In this document: one piece after another, positions 1 through 10,909 of the stretch | Numbering within the stretch: position 1 is the stretch's first letter | Layout of the letters: each line of letters starts with the position of its first letter | Notes under the pieces: generated by a model | What the model was told of the DNA's origin: nothing | The model's input: only the letters and a program-made list of their open reading frames with translations | Database searches by the model: none | Translations under genes and position numbers: made by a program | Virus record (IMG/VR): IMGVR_UViG_3300035666_000002 | Reading direction: 5' to 3' (one strand) | Length of the DNA stretch: 64,000 nt | From: a virus

Positions 1-167
1 GTTCCCTGAGCGGTTATTGATAACGCTCCAGTATTAGAAATCGTCAGGGTACCTGATGTCTTATTAAAATTACCCGTTTCGATGTTATTAATTGCATTAG
101 CTGATTGATTGGTCTGAATTCTCCATTCATCAACTGTGTTTATTCTAGTGATATTATTAATAGGCAT
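1..167 (-). CDS. 5' part of a virion structural/tail fibre-type protein (runs off window edge)
   Basis: ATG at 167 overlaps the stop of 167..400; reads MPINNITRINTVDEWRIQTNQSANAINNIETG..., an N-terminus typical of T4-like structural proteins. Confidence 0.6.
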   Translation of the reverse strand, partial: MPINNITRINTVDEWRIQTNQSANAINNIETGNFNKTSGTLTISNTGALSITAQG

Positions 168-400
168 TATTGTTTACTCTGTTTCAGCAAGGAGTTTAAA
201 AGTTCTTTTATGTCTTTCATGTCGTTAGAAAGCTCATCGACTTTACTTTTAAGATTATTTATCTCATCATTTTTGCCGTTAATTCTCTGAGCTAACTTTT
301 TTCTCGCTTCATTTTCAAGAAGAGCATTTTGCCCAGTCATTAATAATGCATTAGTTGATACATCTTTTACAAAATTTGTACCTTCAACTTTTAGCTTCAT
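167..400 (-). CDS. small coiled-coil hypothetical protein conserved downstream of the VrlC-like gene in T4-like phages
   Basis: ORF track; tight packing with neighbours; C-terminal heptads. Confidence 0.7.
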   Translation of the reverse strand: MKLKVEGTNFVKDVSTNALLMTGQNALLENEARKKLAQRINGKNDEINNLKSKVDELSNDMKDIKELLNSLLKQSKQ

Positions 401-403
401 CGA

Positions 404-3400
404 TTACTCCGCAGGTGTTGCAATAATACGTAAATCTCTTACACTGGGTGGAATCGCTGGGTCTGTAGAGGTGAGAACAATTTTTATAGCAAAGGTTTTG
501 AAACTATCATAAGTCACACCATTTGATCCTGTGTAAGTTACTTGATTTACCGTAGCTGAAGGGCGATATTCATATTCTCTATAAGTTGTTAAATCTGGCG
601 AAGGAGTTGTTGTTGGATTGATACAAACCATCTTTTCATAAGGTCTATCTGCGAATTCTGTTCCATCCGAATCTGAAAGAACTTTATAGTAGACTGACAC
701 CTCAGAAATACCAGGTTTGTTTGCAGACAAGAACACACGTAAATCTCCAGCATCATAACCATCTGCCAATTTGATAGGCTTAGTGATGTATCTTGCAAGG
801 CAAGGACCACCAGAAGAATCAAACTCGCTATTCAGTACGATTGTAGCTGGAGTAGTTGGATGTGTATAATATGAAATTGTGAAATCATCCAAATAACCAG
901 ACCCAGAAGAAGTGACATAGATTCCTACAACATTTCCATTCGCATCAACTGTGACGTTCGCATTCGCTCCAGAACCGGTGGAACTCGTTACCGAAATTAA
1001 ATTAGCATTGCTGTATTTGGATCCTGGAGCAATAATTGTAAAATCATCTGAGGTAATTTCTCCATTGTCTAAGAAATTTTCCCAAACGTTCAAAAACAGA
1101 CTTTCTTCGGAAATAATAGGAGATACAGCATCATTTGTCGTCGATATAGTCGCTTTTAATGTCCAATCATTCTTACTTCCAATTTTTTTGCGTCTATTTC
1201 CTACTGCGTAAATATCATCTTCCGCCATCATATATGTGACGTAAGGAGTAATTGGTCTATAAGTCGTTTCTTTCGAACCTGTTACTGGTGTGGTAACAAT
1301 AGAGTAATTGAGATTTGTCACACCAGCAGAAGGAATAATAGAAGTTTCCATCAATTTAAATTTATCAACATAATATAAAGATGGAGTTGCCTGATTCTCG
1401 AAAGCATAAGTTGCTGAAGAAGTAGAGAAAACACAACGATTCAATCTAAACATCAAATCTTCATTCATGAACGGAACATATTCCATGGAATTTTGTGATT
1501 TGTAAAGTGTTCCGACATATGGTTGTTTATCAACAAATTCGTTGTTGGTTGTCGTTGAACCTTTTTCAGCACCCCAAATTGTATAATCATTTGAGTCTGT
1601 TAGAACAACAAATGCATACAGACCTGGTTTCAGATAAACTGGAAAATCAAATTTGAAGTTGGTTGCAGTCGCAGTTGTTGATACCGAAGGATTATCAGAA
1701 ATGTTAATCTCACTAGGATACTTGACTACGACCGATTCTGGATACCAATAATCTGAGGAAGGTGCGCCATTAATAGTTGGTCTAATTTGAACGATAACTG
1801 GTATATTTTCATCATCCTTTGCTCTGAAAAATAAATCCATGCTATCCAAAAATAATCCATAAGGATACTTTTCAACATCAACGAAGAATGTTTGCGCTAG
1901 AGGATCTCTATTAACTGCGGTAAATACTGTACTTAATTCTCTAGTACCAATAATTTTCTCTGAAGTGAGCGCACCAACAATTTTGCTATCCACATCAACA
2001 TTCAAAACAGTATCAACTAATGTAGTTTTATTTACTGTAATGCCTGAAGATGTATAAACTTTATCTGCAAAAGAAATTGCATCTGCATCATAAGTGTTGT
2101 TGAATGATTCAGTTACACGGAAGTTTCTTTGCCCAGAACGGAAGGTTGCTTCAGGTATGTAAAGAGCGCCACCAATTTGACCTAATTTATTTGTGTTATT
2201 ATTACCAAAACTGTAAACATATTCTTGCCCTGCATAAGCAGAAGCTCCGCTAACGGTTGCAACTTTAGTCGTTGTATTATAATTAATAACATTAAATGAG
2301 GCACCGACACCAATTTCATTATTTGATTTGTGTATTAAGTATAATGTATTGCTAGAAATATTATAAGATGGAGCATCTGAAGCGAGAGTAATTTCTGTGG
2401 CTGTAATTCCTCTTGTAACTCCGGAGCGATGATCATTTACACTAGAGATAGAATAAACATTTCCTGAGTCTACACCGTATACGAATTTGCCTGATAAGTT
2501 TATTGTAGCATTTTCGTTTATGATTGAAACATTAGCAGAACCAATTTCACTCATAACGATTGTGCCGGTTTTAAATGATGATCCTCCGGCGACTAAACTT
2601 GCTACATTAGCAACCAAATCTGCATAGGTATTGGCTATCAGGATAGTTTCACCATTTGTTAATCTTGTGTTCACATTTAATGTGACTCTGTTGGGAACAA
2701 CAACATATTTGTTAACATCAACATCATCAAAGAAAGAATACATTCTTGTTGATGGTCTTAAACCAACCGAAGAGAAAACAATTCTCTTTGGTTTCATATA
2801 AGGCTGAATTGCTAAATCTGTAACAAAAGTTCCAACATCAACTTGTGAAGAAGAAGTTGATATTTGTTTTTGTGAAAACTCTGTTCCAGCTTTAGCAAAA
2901 GTTAATTCATTAGTCGTTGTCAAGAAACCAAAGCCTTGTGATTTCCAACCTACATCACTAACTATTGTTTGATTTCTAGTCTGGTACCATTTACTATCAA
3001 TTATTTGAGCAAACGGACTATTTTTATCATCTCTCCATTGAGGTACATTATCTGAAATATATTTAAATGCTTGATTAACAAAATTAAATGCGTTTTCTAC
3101 CCCTTGTGTTGAATTTAAAGTTACCTTAGCAGTAACTCCAGTATCAACATCACCTGTAAATTCAGGAAATAATTTCGTTACACCTTTAAAGTTTGCAAAA
3201 AGTGCTTGTGCAACAGGAATGGATTTAGTAAAATATTGTTGTTGAGCAAAATTAGAAGATGTATAAGAAAGAATGTGTGCTTTCTTTGATCCTGTTCCTA
3301 TAGTTTTAGTTGAACCAGTAAATGAAGAAGTAATTGCTTGTAATTTTACAGTTCTCATTAGTGAAGCAGGATATAATGTTCCATTATCAAGAAGATTTCT

Positions 3401-6400
3401 ATTATCGAAAGTAGTTGTATCCTGAACTAATTCTTTATTTGTAAAATTATCAACAAGTATACCATACTTCGCTCTTTCTAATCCATTGTTGTCCAATATC
3501 TTAGCGTCTGCGGCACTCTTCTCAAGTGCGTTTAAAGAAACATAATATTCTAGACCACGAATTCTATCTTCAAAGTTTTGAATGTCCTGCATTGTATAAC
3601 GACGATTATTCTTGAAATCTGCACGAATATCTTTTACATTTTCGGTATACGCAGGAATAGTCAAAGTATAAATCAACATATCTTTTACATCAACCACTGG
3701 AGGAAGAGGTTGTACGGCAGCCTGCCCCTTAACAACAGCAAACTCTCCTCCTGATTTTACAATAACTCTATCGATTCTCGGCAGATAATAATCATATGAC
3801 ATCTCAATGTTTTCTAATGGTTCTGGATTTAAAGCACCTGATAGTGTTGTTCCGCCAATAGCTTTGTATGGTCTGAAATCAAATGCCGATCTTAAACTTA
3901 GAATGTTATTGTTTTCTTTATCATTAAATGAAGGAATGTCATCATAATTAATATTAGAACCTTGTGCATAAGAATCTACAGTAAATAAGCCGCTAAAAAC
4001 TGTTAGTTGTTTAAAGTAACGGTACTGAACAAAAATTCTTCCGGTTGGTGCAGAAAATCCTCTTTTCAATTTAATAGTTGCATGATCATAGTGTGTTTTT
4101 CTTTGACCAGTATCAAATTCATATCTTTCTGTGACATCATACGCTGTATTTGTAAGCATTGCAGAAGTCACATTTGATGTTGTATTTTTAGAATCAAATA
4201 TGCCGACAATTTCATAAACATCAGGAACTTGTAAACTAACAACTTTTCCTGGCGTTCTCAGATCGGTTAGAATTGATGATTCTGTGAAGTTTGTTGCACC
4301 AATACTTTTGAAAACCATTCCTCCGGCAAAACTAGTAGTTTCACCAGAAGTATTTGCCGAATAGAGAACATCCGTACCTTGTGTTCCAGAAGTATTCATC
4401 TCATAAGGGATTAAATCATGAAGAGTGTCACTTATAGGAACTAATTGCTTTTTCTTTGTTACACCTGTTGTGGCATTTTCGGCATTGTTTATTTTTGTTG
4501 TCACCAATAAATCAACTCTTATAGTATCTTCCGTTTTCAAATCTACTTCGAAGGAGTTAGTACCAATAGATGTGACTGTAAAGTTATCATTCGAAAGGGC
4601 TAAAACAGTATTTGCAGTTATTCCTAATTGAGCATTGCTTGTGCTATCGGAGCGAACAAAACATATAATATTATCTCGTATTAAAGAATCTGAAATTACG
4701 CCACTTCCTGAAGAGAATGCAAAAGTATCAGGAGAGGTTGCAGTAACAGTAAATTTGCCTGTAGCGGCAACTGTCACACCAGAATATTTCTTTCTAACAT
4801 AAAAATCCATATCAGAAATCGTATTCGCTTTAATTGCGGTTTGTCTTGGGTTAAATATCAACGAAGCTCTAGCTTGTTCATTAATTGATGCGAATCCAGT
4901 GGACGTCGATTTAGAATCGGCATCAATATTTCCCGCAAATGCAATATAAAGCCCACCATTTGCAACAAGAGATTCAGCAGCAGTGAAGTCTGATTCAATA
5001 CTAAATGTGTTCGACGCTGGAATAAAAGGTAAAGAAGATGAAAGATTTAATGTTACAGTATTTGAACTTGTAATCAATATTGGTGAAAGACTAGAACCAC
5101 CAGAATCAGTGATTCTAAAATACATGTTAGCATAAGCATTAGTTGTAAGTGTCGAACTAAATGTGGTAGGAATAGCAATCGTTGTTGGTGAACTTCCGCT
5201 TGCTGCTAATGTACCCGTAACAGGAACATTATTGGCACCAAAAAGATACGTCGTGAATGTATGTGTATTTCCGTTAGATGAATCTGTGGAATCATTGTAA
5301 CGAATCATATGAGCATAAACCGTACCAATTTTTGTAGAGTTATATTTTGATGCAGTTGTTATCTGTATACTTTCGTGTGGGACGCAATGAATATCGAGTT
5401 GAGGAAAAGTTGTGATGTCTAATGTGTTACGAACGTTTGCTAATACAACACTTGATTCATAGTTAGTTGGAAGATCAAAATCATTCACATTCGCAACTTC
5501 TCTTGCTCTATCAACTTTGATTCTGCTTGGAGCTATAGTTTGAAATTCATAACCTCCAACATAAGCTTTACCTGGATCCAACACTACATCAAATTTACCA
5601 TTAGCTTGATCACCTTCTTCTAAAGAAATAACAAAAGGATCGACCGTGTAGTTGCCTGATTCATCATATGTTCTTCTAGCTAAAGTTTTCTCAATTTCAC
5701 TATAAATTGGATATTCTATCTCTTTTGTTTTAACGTCTTCAACAAGTCGTATAATTTCAAAAAATGTTGAAGTATCGGCTGAATCCAGAGTTCTCTTTGA
5801 AAGAGTTGTTGTAACTTGAAAACGATTTGCGCCGGGAGCTTGATAGTTAAATGAGCCTTGTGCAGGATCTAACAGTGAAGTATCATCAATTTCATCTACA
5901 ATATTTTCTTCAAACTCAATACCAATCTTGTAAGAGGGTAAGACATTGACTGTTGAACTAGATCCAATTCGATAAAAAGATTCAATAATTAAAAATTGAG
6001 GAACAACTTTAACAAATTGACCTTTAAAATAATAAACACCTTCTTGTATGCTTGCAACAAAAGAACCTCCTGTTGCATTTGTTCCTCTTAATACCGCAAA
6101 AATATCTTGTCCAAAAACTCGAAGCTCATCACCCTCTGCAAATTTCTCTCCACTTAAATACTTAATAACGAGAATTGATAACCCTCCAGTGGTGTCTGTT
6201 GCTATAACTTTAGCTCTAACCAATTTGGAACTATTATATGAGACAATAGTTTTATCACGGAAATCATTTAAGTCAATATCTACACCACTATATTGATTTT
6301 GCAAAATAATATAGTTAGCTTTTCTATCTAAAGAAATTCTTCCACCAATAATAGGGCTGCCACTCTTAAAAATGTGATTGCCGAACTTTTCTATTTGATT

Positions 6401-6532
6401 AGATAAAATAGTTTGTAATTGAGTCAATTCTCTAGCCTGAACAGCATATCCAGGTCTAAATAGAACCCTTAAAAAATTCTTATCTTCATCAAAATCGTCG
6501 TAGTATGGGTCGTAATTGAAAAGCGTAGTCAT
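404..6532 (-). CDS. large virion structural protein, DUF4815/VrlC-like
   Basis: N-terminal PYYDDFDEDKNFLRVLFRPGYAVQARELTQLQ and LARRTYDESGNY, RRYTMQDI, DPLAQTF motifs typical of this family. Confidence 0.85.
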   Translation of the reverse strand: MTTLFNYDPYYDDFDEDKNFLRVLFRPGYAVQARELTQLQTILSNQIEKFGNHIFKSGSPIIGGRISLDRKANYIILQNQYSGVDIDLNDFRDKTIVSYNSSKLVRAKVIATDTTGGLSILVIKYLSGEKFAEGDELRVFGQDIFAVLRGTNATGGSFVASIQEGVYYFKGQFVKVVPQFLIIESFYRIGSSSTVNVLPSYKIGIEFEENIVDEIDDTSLLDPAQGSFNYQAPGANRFQVTTTLSKRTLDSADTSTFFEIIRLVEDVKTKEIEYPIYSEIEKTLARRTYDESGNYTVDPFVISLEEGDQANGKFDVVLDPGKAYVGGYEFQTIAPSRIKVDRAREVANVNDFDLPTNYESSVVLANVRNTLDITTFPQLDIHCVPHESIQITTASKYNSTKIGTVYAHMIRYNDSTDSSNGNTHTFTTYLFGANNVPVTGTLAASGSSPTTIAIPTTFSSTLTTNAYANMYFRITDSGGSSLSPILITSSNTVTLNLSSSLPFIPASNTFSIESDFTAAESLVANGGLYIAFAGNIDADSKSTSTGFASINEQARASLIFNPRQTAIKANTISDMDFYVRKKYSGVTVAATGKFTVTATSPDTFAFSSGSGVISDSLIRDNIICFVRSDSTSNAQLGITANTVLALSNDNFTVTSIGTNSFEVDLKTEDTIRVDLLVTTKINNAENATTGVTKKKQLVPISDTLHDLIPYEMNTSGTQGTDVLYSANTSGETTSFAGGMVFKSIGATNFTESSILTDLRTPGKVVSLQVPDVYEIVGIFDSKNTTSNVTSAMLTNTAYDVTERYEFDTGQRKTHYDHATIKLKRGFSAPTGRIFVQYRYFKQLTVFSGLFTVDSYAQGSNINYDDIPSFNDKENNNILSLRSAFDFRPYKAIGGTTLSGALNPEPLENIEMSYDYYLPRIDRVIVKSGGEFAVVKGQAAVQPLPPVVDVKDMLIYTLTIPAYTENVKDIRADFKNNRRYTMQDIQNFEDRIRGLEYYVSLNALEKSAADAKILDNNGLERAKYGILVDNFTNKELVQDTTTFDNRNLLDNGTLYPASLMRTVKLQAITSSFTGSTKTIGTGSKKAHILSYTSSNFAQQQYFTKSIPVAQALFANFKGVTKLFPEFTGDVDTGVTAKVTLNSTQGVENAFNFVNQAFKYISDNVPQWRDDKNSPFAQIIDSKWYQTRNQTIVSDVGWKSQGFGFLTTTNELTFAKAGTEFSQKQISTSSSQVDVGTFVTDLAIQPYMKPKRIVFSSVGLRPSTRMYSFFDDVDVNKYVVVPNRVTLNVNTRLTNGETILIANTYADLVANVASLVAGGSSFKTGTIVMSEIGSANVSIINENATINLSGKFVYGVDSGNVYSISSVNDHRSGVTRGITATEITLASDAPSYNISSNTLYLIHKSNNEIGVGASFNVINYNTTTKVATVSGASAYAGQEYVYSFGNNNTNKLGQIGGALYIPEATFRSGQRNFRVTESFNNTYDADAISFADKVYTSSGITVNKTTLVDTVLNVDVDSKIVGALTSEKIIGTRELSTVFTAVNRDPLAQTFFVDVEKYPYGLFLDSMDLFFRAKDDENIPVIVQIRPTINGAPSSDYWYPESVVVKYPSEINISDNPSVSTTATATNFKFDFPVYLKPGLYAFVVLTDSNDYTIWGAEKGSTTTNNEFVDKQPYVGTLYKSQNSMEYVPFMNEDLMFRLNRCVFSTSSATYAFENQATPSLYYVDKFKLMETSIIPSAGVTNLNYSIVTTPVTGSKETTYRPITPYVTYMMAEDDIYAVGNRRKKIGSKNDWTLKATISTTNDAVSPIISEESLFLNVWENFLDNGEITSDDFTIIAPGSKYSNANLISVTSSTGSGANANVTVDANGNVVGIYVTSSGSGYLDDFTISYYTHPTTPATIVLNSEFDSSGGPCLARYITKPIKLADGYDAGDLRVFLSANKPGISEVSVYYKVLSDSDGTEFADRPYEKMVCINPTTTPSPDLTTYREYEYRPSATVNQVTYTGSNGVTYDSFKTFAIKIVLTSTDPAIPPSVRDLRIIATPAE

Positions 6533-6542
6533 TTATTCCTCG

Positions 6543-7868
6543 TTAGAAACTCAATATGAAACGGATTCTTTCCGTTTGTGAGGGGTCTCTTGTTACAGGC
6601 AATTTATCTGATATGTATAAAACTTTTCCAGAGTATAATTCGAGAGAAGGATTTGTTACAGAGTTAACAACTCGAATCGCACCTGAAGATATGCCTTTAA
6701 TTGATTGATTTACACCTAAGGTGCCTTTTACATTATTCAAGTATAAGAAATTTTCTACATCATCAAACGATATAACATCTGCGGTAAAAGTGCTCGTAGA
6801 AATGTCTGTTCCTTGATAAACGACTTCATCCGAAGAGAAGTCTCCAACTCCAGGAGAAACTTTAACTTTCGTATATAAACTATAGGTATTACTTGTAGCT
6901 AAGGTTGTGGTTCCTCTTAAATAAGGATTTTGAATCAGTGTTATTTCTCTGAAATCATTGTTGGTGGGTATTAACCCAGATTCATCTTCTTCAAAGTCAA
7001 CGTTGAATAATATTGTAGAAGCTCGCAACTCATAAACAGGATCATAACCATGACCATCGACAGGAGATATTGAAACTGTAGCAGCAGCATCAGAACCAGA
7101 ACCACCAACAACATCTTGAAAGCTCAAGTTCGCATAAGTGTAATTTGTTCCTCTATTTTGTATAATAATGTTAACAACTTTTCCATCCGAAACATTTGCT
7201 TTTAATACAGCACCAGTTCCGTCACCCGATATGTTTATGATGGACTGTGTTGCACCATTAGTATAATTATTTCCAGAATTTGTTATATGTACAATATCAA
7301 TTGAACCGGGTTCGGCTGCTGCTCTAACGAATTTATTAAAAACTGTAGGCATCCATTCTTCAGTCAAAAACTTTTGTTTTTGAATCGAGGTTAGAGTGAA
7401 CATATATTTCCATTTATAACCGTCTTCTGTCTGAACGAAAGGCTCTTCTAATGAAGTTGTGGAAAGGCTGAGTTCGGGTTCACTTGTAGATAAAGCTCCA
7501 GAATTGTTGGATAAACATTTAAAAACTTGATCTTTGGATGTTAGAACATAAAAATTAGTATTTGATGTATACGTATTATAAATTGTACTATTAGCCCAAT
7601 TTATTCTTGGAGCAACGAGAGAAGCATTCTCAATGGAAAGTCTTTTAGCAGCAATTGCCGTTTTATAAACATCATTTAGATAGGTTATAGTGTCAGAAGG
7701 AGTTCCTGCAACTTCAGTGCCAGCATTCCATCTTAATTGTTTACCCATTAAAGCATAGACATAAGATTTTCTTGGCGCAGGAAGGTAAGAATTTGCTCCA
7801 ACCTCTAATAGGTTGTAAACTTGTTTTGCAAGTAAAATCTTGAAGTTTTCTGTTATTATAGATGACAT
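6543..7868 (-). CDS. gp8: baseplate wedge subunit (T4 gp8-like)
   Basis: VFKCLSNN and DGYKWKYMFT motifs; position after gp7. Confidence 0.85.
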   Translation of the reverse strand: MSSIITENFKILLAKQVYNLLEVGANSYLPAPRKSYVYALMGKQLRWNAGTEVAGTPSDTITYLNDVYKTAIAAKRLSIENASLVAPRINWANSTIYNTYTSNTNFYVLTSKDQVFKCLSNNSGALSTSEPELSLSTTSLEEPFVQTEDGYKWKYMFTLTSIQKQKFLTEEWMPTVFNKFVRAAAEPGSIDIVHITNSGNNYTNGATQSIINISGDGTGAVLKANVSDGKVVNIIIQNRGTNYTYANLSFQDVVGGSGSDAAATVSISPVDGHGYDPVYELRASTILFNVDFEEDESGLIPTNNDFREITLIQNPYLRGTTTLATSNTYSLYTKVKVSPGVGDFSSDEVVYQGTDISTSTFTADVISFDDVENFLYLNNVKGTLGVNQSIKGISSGAIRVVNSVTNPSLELYSGKVLYISDKLPVTRDPSQTERIRFILSF

Positions 7869-7876
7869 AGTATTAT

Positions 7877-10800
7877 TTATCTAACTTTTTGTATGGTAGC
7901 GAAAAGATTACTTCCGTTAGCTTTAAATGTTGTTGTCGTTATTATTGTATTAGCATTTACAGAATTAGCTTTTGCATATTCAACCAAAACAACATTAGCA
8001 TTTACTTGTGTGGAAGAGACATTTAATATTGAACTTACGATTGCAACATTAGCATTTGTAACTTCTCTAACTGTAACTGTGTTTCCGGTGGAAAGATATA
8101 GTGTATCTCCTTCTTGAAAATCATTCAAGAAATTAGCAGTTCCTTGATACGAAATAATTATATTTGAACCTGTTGAGACATTAACCGTACCAACAAGTCT
8201 CCTATGAACATTTGACAATAAGATAATATCACCAACATTTACGGTAGTTATCAGATTTGCAGATACATTTGTCGTTGTAATTGTATTTGATGATGCTGCA
8301 ATATTATAAGTATCTGAAAGGTCATTTATTGTAATGTATTTTGTCTCATCTGTCGTTGTAATGATTTCTTTATTTTCATCTGTTTTAAAGGTAAATGTTT
8401 TTGTTCCTATTGGATGAACAATTTCATTTAAAGGTTTTTTGAATGTAGCATAATCTTTAGTCGATTTAATAACGTAAGAGAAGTTATGGTATTTTTCACC
8501 ATCTTGCAATCTCTTGTCTGAACTCACTTGACCGTCAGTGTTTAAATAAATTCCTGGATATCTAATCAATCCATTTTCAAATTTTGCAGTTGCTTTTGCG
8601 TTTCCATCTCCGTAGAAAGTTGAGGAAACCACTGTTGCTGAAACAGCATTCAATGCAATAGAGCTATCATATTTTATTAATAGACTATTATTTAAAGTTC
8701 CGACATAATCAAATATTCTTAAAACACCAGTGTCCGGGTCATAGCTATCAACACTCGCTTTGAATGAGAAGTTGGTATTCGAAGTTCCTTGGTATATAAT
8801 AGTGTTTGAAACAAACAATTGCCCAGCTGTAACTCCAGTAACATTTAGGTCCGCATTTCTCAAAGAAACATACGGAGCCGAAACATAATCATATCCATAA
8901 CTTATAACTCGTATTGAAGAAACAGCACCGATCCTTGAAGTTGTCAATCCATAAGACTCACCATCGCCTGCAATTTCTGAAACTGTTAGATTTGCTCCAG
9001 CACCGGCAGCAGACTGAACAGTGATGGCTGGTAATGAATCTCTTTTATAACCCTCACCACCAATAACATACGCATCTTGAGAATGATTGTTAATCGTAAC
9101 TGAAGTTATTACTCCAGCAGAAACGTTTACATAACCATTAGCACCATAACCAGAGCCTCCGGTAAAAATTAGAATATCACCATTCGCATATCCTGTTCCG
9201 CCATTATTAACATCAATTCTACCTATTGAACCTATATTATATAAATCATTTCGATTTATTTTATATACCGAAACGCCTATATCCGAAAGACTTCTAGGAA
9301 TGTCATTCTGAAAATTATCAGAAAAATAAATTCTGTTAGTATCCACATAGGTAATAACTTTGACTTCTTCATAAAGGTTTGGTATAAACAACCTTACATA
9401 ATCTCCTGTTTCCAATGAAAGAGTTAAATCTTGACTTGTATCTTCTATATAATTTGTATTTTTTATTATTCTTCTGGATGACATTATCAATGAATCTGAT
9501 AAATCTTCATTGTAAAAACTGTAAGTTTCTACCGTGGGTCTTGATCGGTATCCACCCCCAGAACCATCTATTGTAATAAAGGATATTGGATGAACATTAA
9601 ATGCAGAATAAGTTGAAATGTTTTCTATTGTAGTTGAACGTATTCTAGAAATAGTTCTGCCTGCTTTTTTTAGAGTTAAACCAGACTCGGTTGTGGAAAA
9701 AACAGTATTTGTTCTTATCTGTGTAGTTGAGTTTATCTGATTTACTTCAGTAAGATAAGATCCAACATAAATTGCATCACCAACTGACAATTCAGTTGTA
9801 AATAAAGTTCCTGTTCCCGTAACAATATTGCTGGAAGGAGATATTGCTCCGGTTCCAGTTAATGTTGTATTAGATCCCAATCCATCTAGAGTTGATATAG
9901 CCATGTTAGAAACATTTATAAGTCTGACAGTATCTTCATCAATCAGACCAATAGATGCTTTAGCTTCCGAACCGAAAGGAGAATTTTCAAATCCTCCTTT
10001 GAAATCTACAATTGAAGAATTAGGATAATCTATAGAACTTCTAAACCCGAATCCTCCATCTAAAACAAATATATCAGAAATGCCACCTTTTGTGGTGTCT
10101 CCCACATAAGCTATGGCGCCGATAGGATTAGCTGAGTTGGCATTTAAACCTCCAACAATACTAACTGGATCTCCGTTATATCCAATGTCGGCATCAAAAC
10201 CATTATAGAAGAGACCTCTGTTTGTAGGATTAATTTTTATTTCAGAAAGAGAACCAATAAGCTTACCTGTTACAGTAACGTTTGTTTCTGAATTTTCATC
10301 ATAATAGGTTGCACTTAAAGTTTCTCCTGTCTGAAATAATCGTTCAACATTACTTACATAAGCCTCAATGTAAGTAATACCTAACTGTCGATCTACCGAT
10401 CTAATAACTTTTTCTACAACAGCACTAGATTTAGAAGACAACCCTGTTATTTTTGTTTTTGCGATATTGAAAATATTATTATCATTTGTATCAATACGCA
10501 ACGCTAGAGGGAGAATCCATTTTCCATCTGAAGTTTTTAATATGTCTTCTTTTGGATAATATATGTCGATGTTGTCGTTGTAGAGAGCCTTAAATAAAAA
10601 TTTTACTGATTGTGGTGTTCCGCTAGACTTATAAAAATTTGTTACTAATTTTAGAAACAATCTTTTATCATTAACAATATTTTGCGGAAAGTAAGGAGCT
10701 AGATCCTGTTTTAATTTTTCAATATAAAAAGAATCTGAGTAGTCAATATCATTAGAATCAACTAGTGCTTCAACAGCATAATTGACTCTATTAGTTTGCT

Positions 10801-10909
10801 CTAACCATTCATAATATTTTTCCAAAAATGTAACAAATTTTGGATATTCACCTCTTACAAAATCTGGTAATTGACTTTTTACCAGAGTAGAAAGTTTATA
10901 ATTTTCCAT
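7877..10909 (-). CDS. gp7: baseplate wedge initiator (T4 gp7-like)
   Basis: QLPDFVR..FLEKYYEWLE, FYKSSGT..FLFKALY, LQDGEKYHNFSYVIKS..VHPIG; synteny gp6-gp7-gp8. Confidence 0.8.
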   Translation of the reverse strand: MENYKLSTLVKSQLPDFVRGEYPKFVTFLEKYYEWLEQTNRVNYAVEALVDSNDIDYSDSFYIEKLKQDLAPYFPQNIVNDKRLFLKLVTNFYKSSGTPQSVKFLFKALYNDNIDIYYPKEDILKTSDGKWILPLALRIDTNDNNIFNIAKTKITGLSSKSSAVVEKVIRSVDRQLGITYIEAYVSNVERLFQTGETLSATYYDENSETNVTVTGKLIGSLSEIKINPTNRGLFYNGFDADIGYNGDPVSIVGGLNANSANPIGAIAYVGDTTKGGISDIFVLDGGFGFRSSIDYPNSSIVDFKGGFENSPFGSEAKASIGLIDEDTVRLINVSNMAISTLDGLGSNTTLTGTGAISPSSNIVTGTGTLFTTELSVGDAIYVGSYLTEVNQINSTTQIRTNTVFSTTESGLTLKKAGRTISRIRSTTIENISTYSAFNVHPISFITIDGSGGGYRSRPTVETYSFYNEDLSDSLIMSSRRIIKNTNYIEDTSQDLTLSLETGDYVRLFIPNLYEEVKVITYVDTNRIYFSDNFQNDIPRSLSDIGVSVYKINRNDLYNIGSIGRIDVNNGGTGYANGDILIFTGGSGYGANGYVNVSAGVITSVTINNHSQDAYVIGGEGYKRDSLPAITVQSAAGAGANLTVSEIAGDGESYGLTTSRIGAVSSIRVISYGYDYVSAPYVSLRNADLNVTGVTAGQLFVSNTIIYQGTSNTNFSFKASVDSYDPDTGVLRIFDYVGTLNNSLLIKYDSSIALNAVSATVVSSTFYGDGNAKATAKFENGLIRYPGIYLNTDGQVSSDKRLQDGEKYHNFSYVIKSTKDYATFKKPLNEIVHPIGTKTFTFKTDENKEIITTTDETKYITINDLSDTYNIAASSNTITTTNVSANLITTVNVGDIILLSNVHRRLVGTVNVSTGSNIIISYQGTANFLNDFQEGDTLYLSTGNTVTVREVTNANVAIVSSILNVSSTQVNANVVLVEYAKANSVNANTIITTTTFKANGSNLFATIQKVR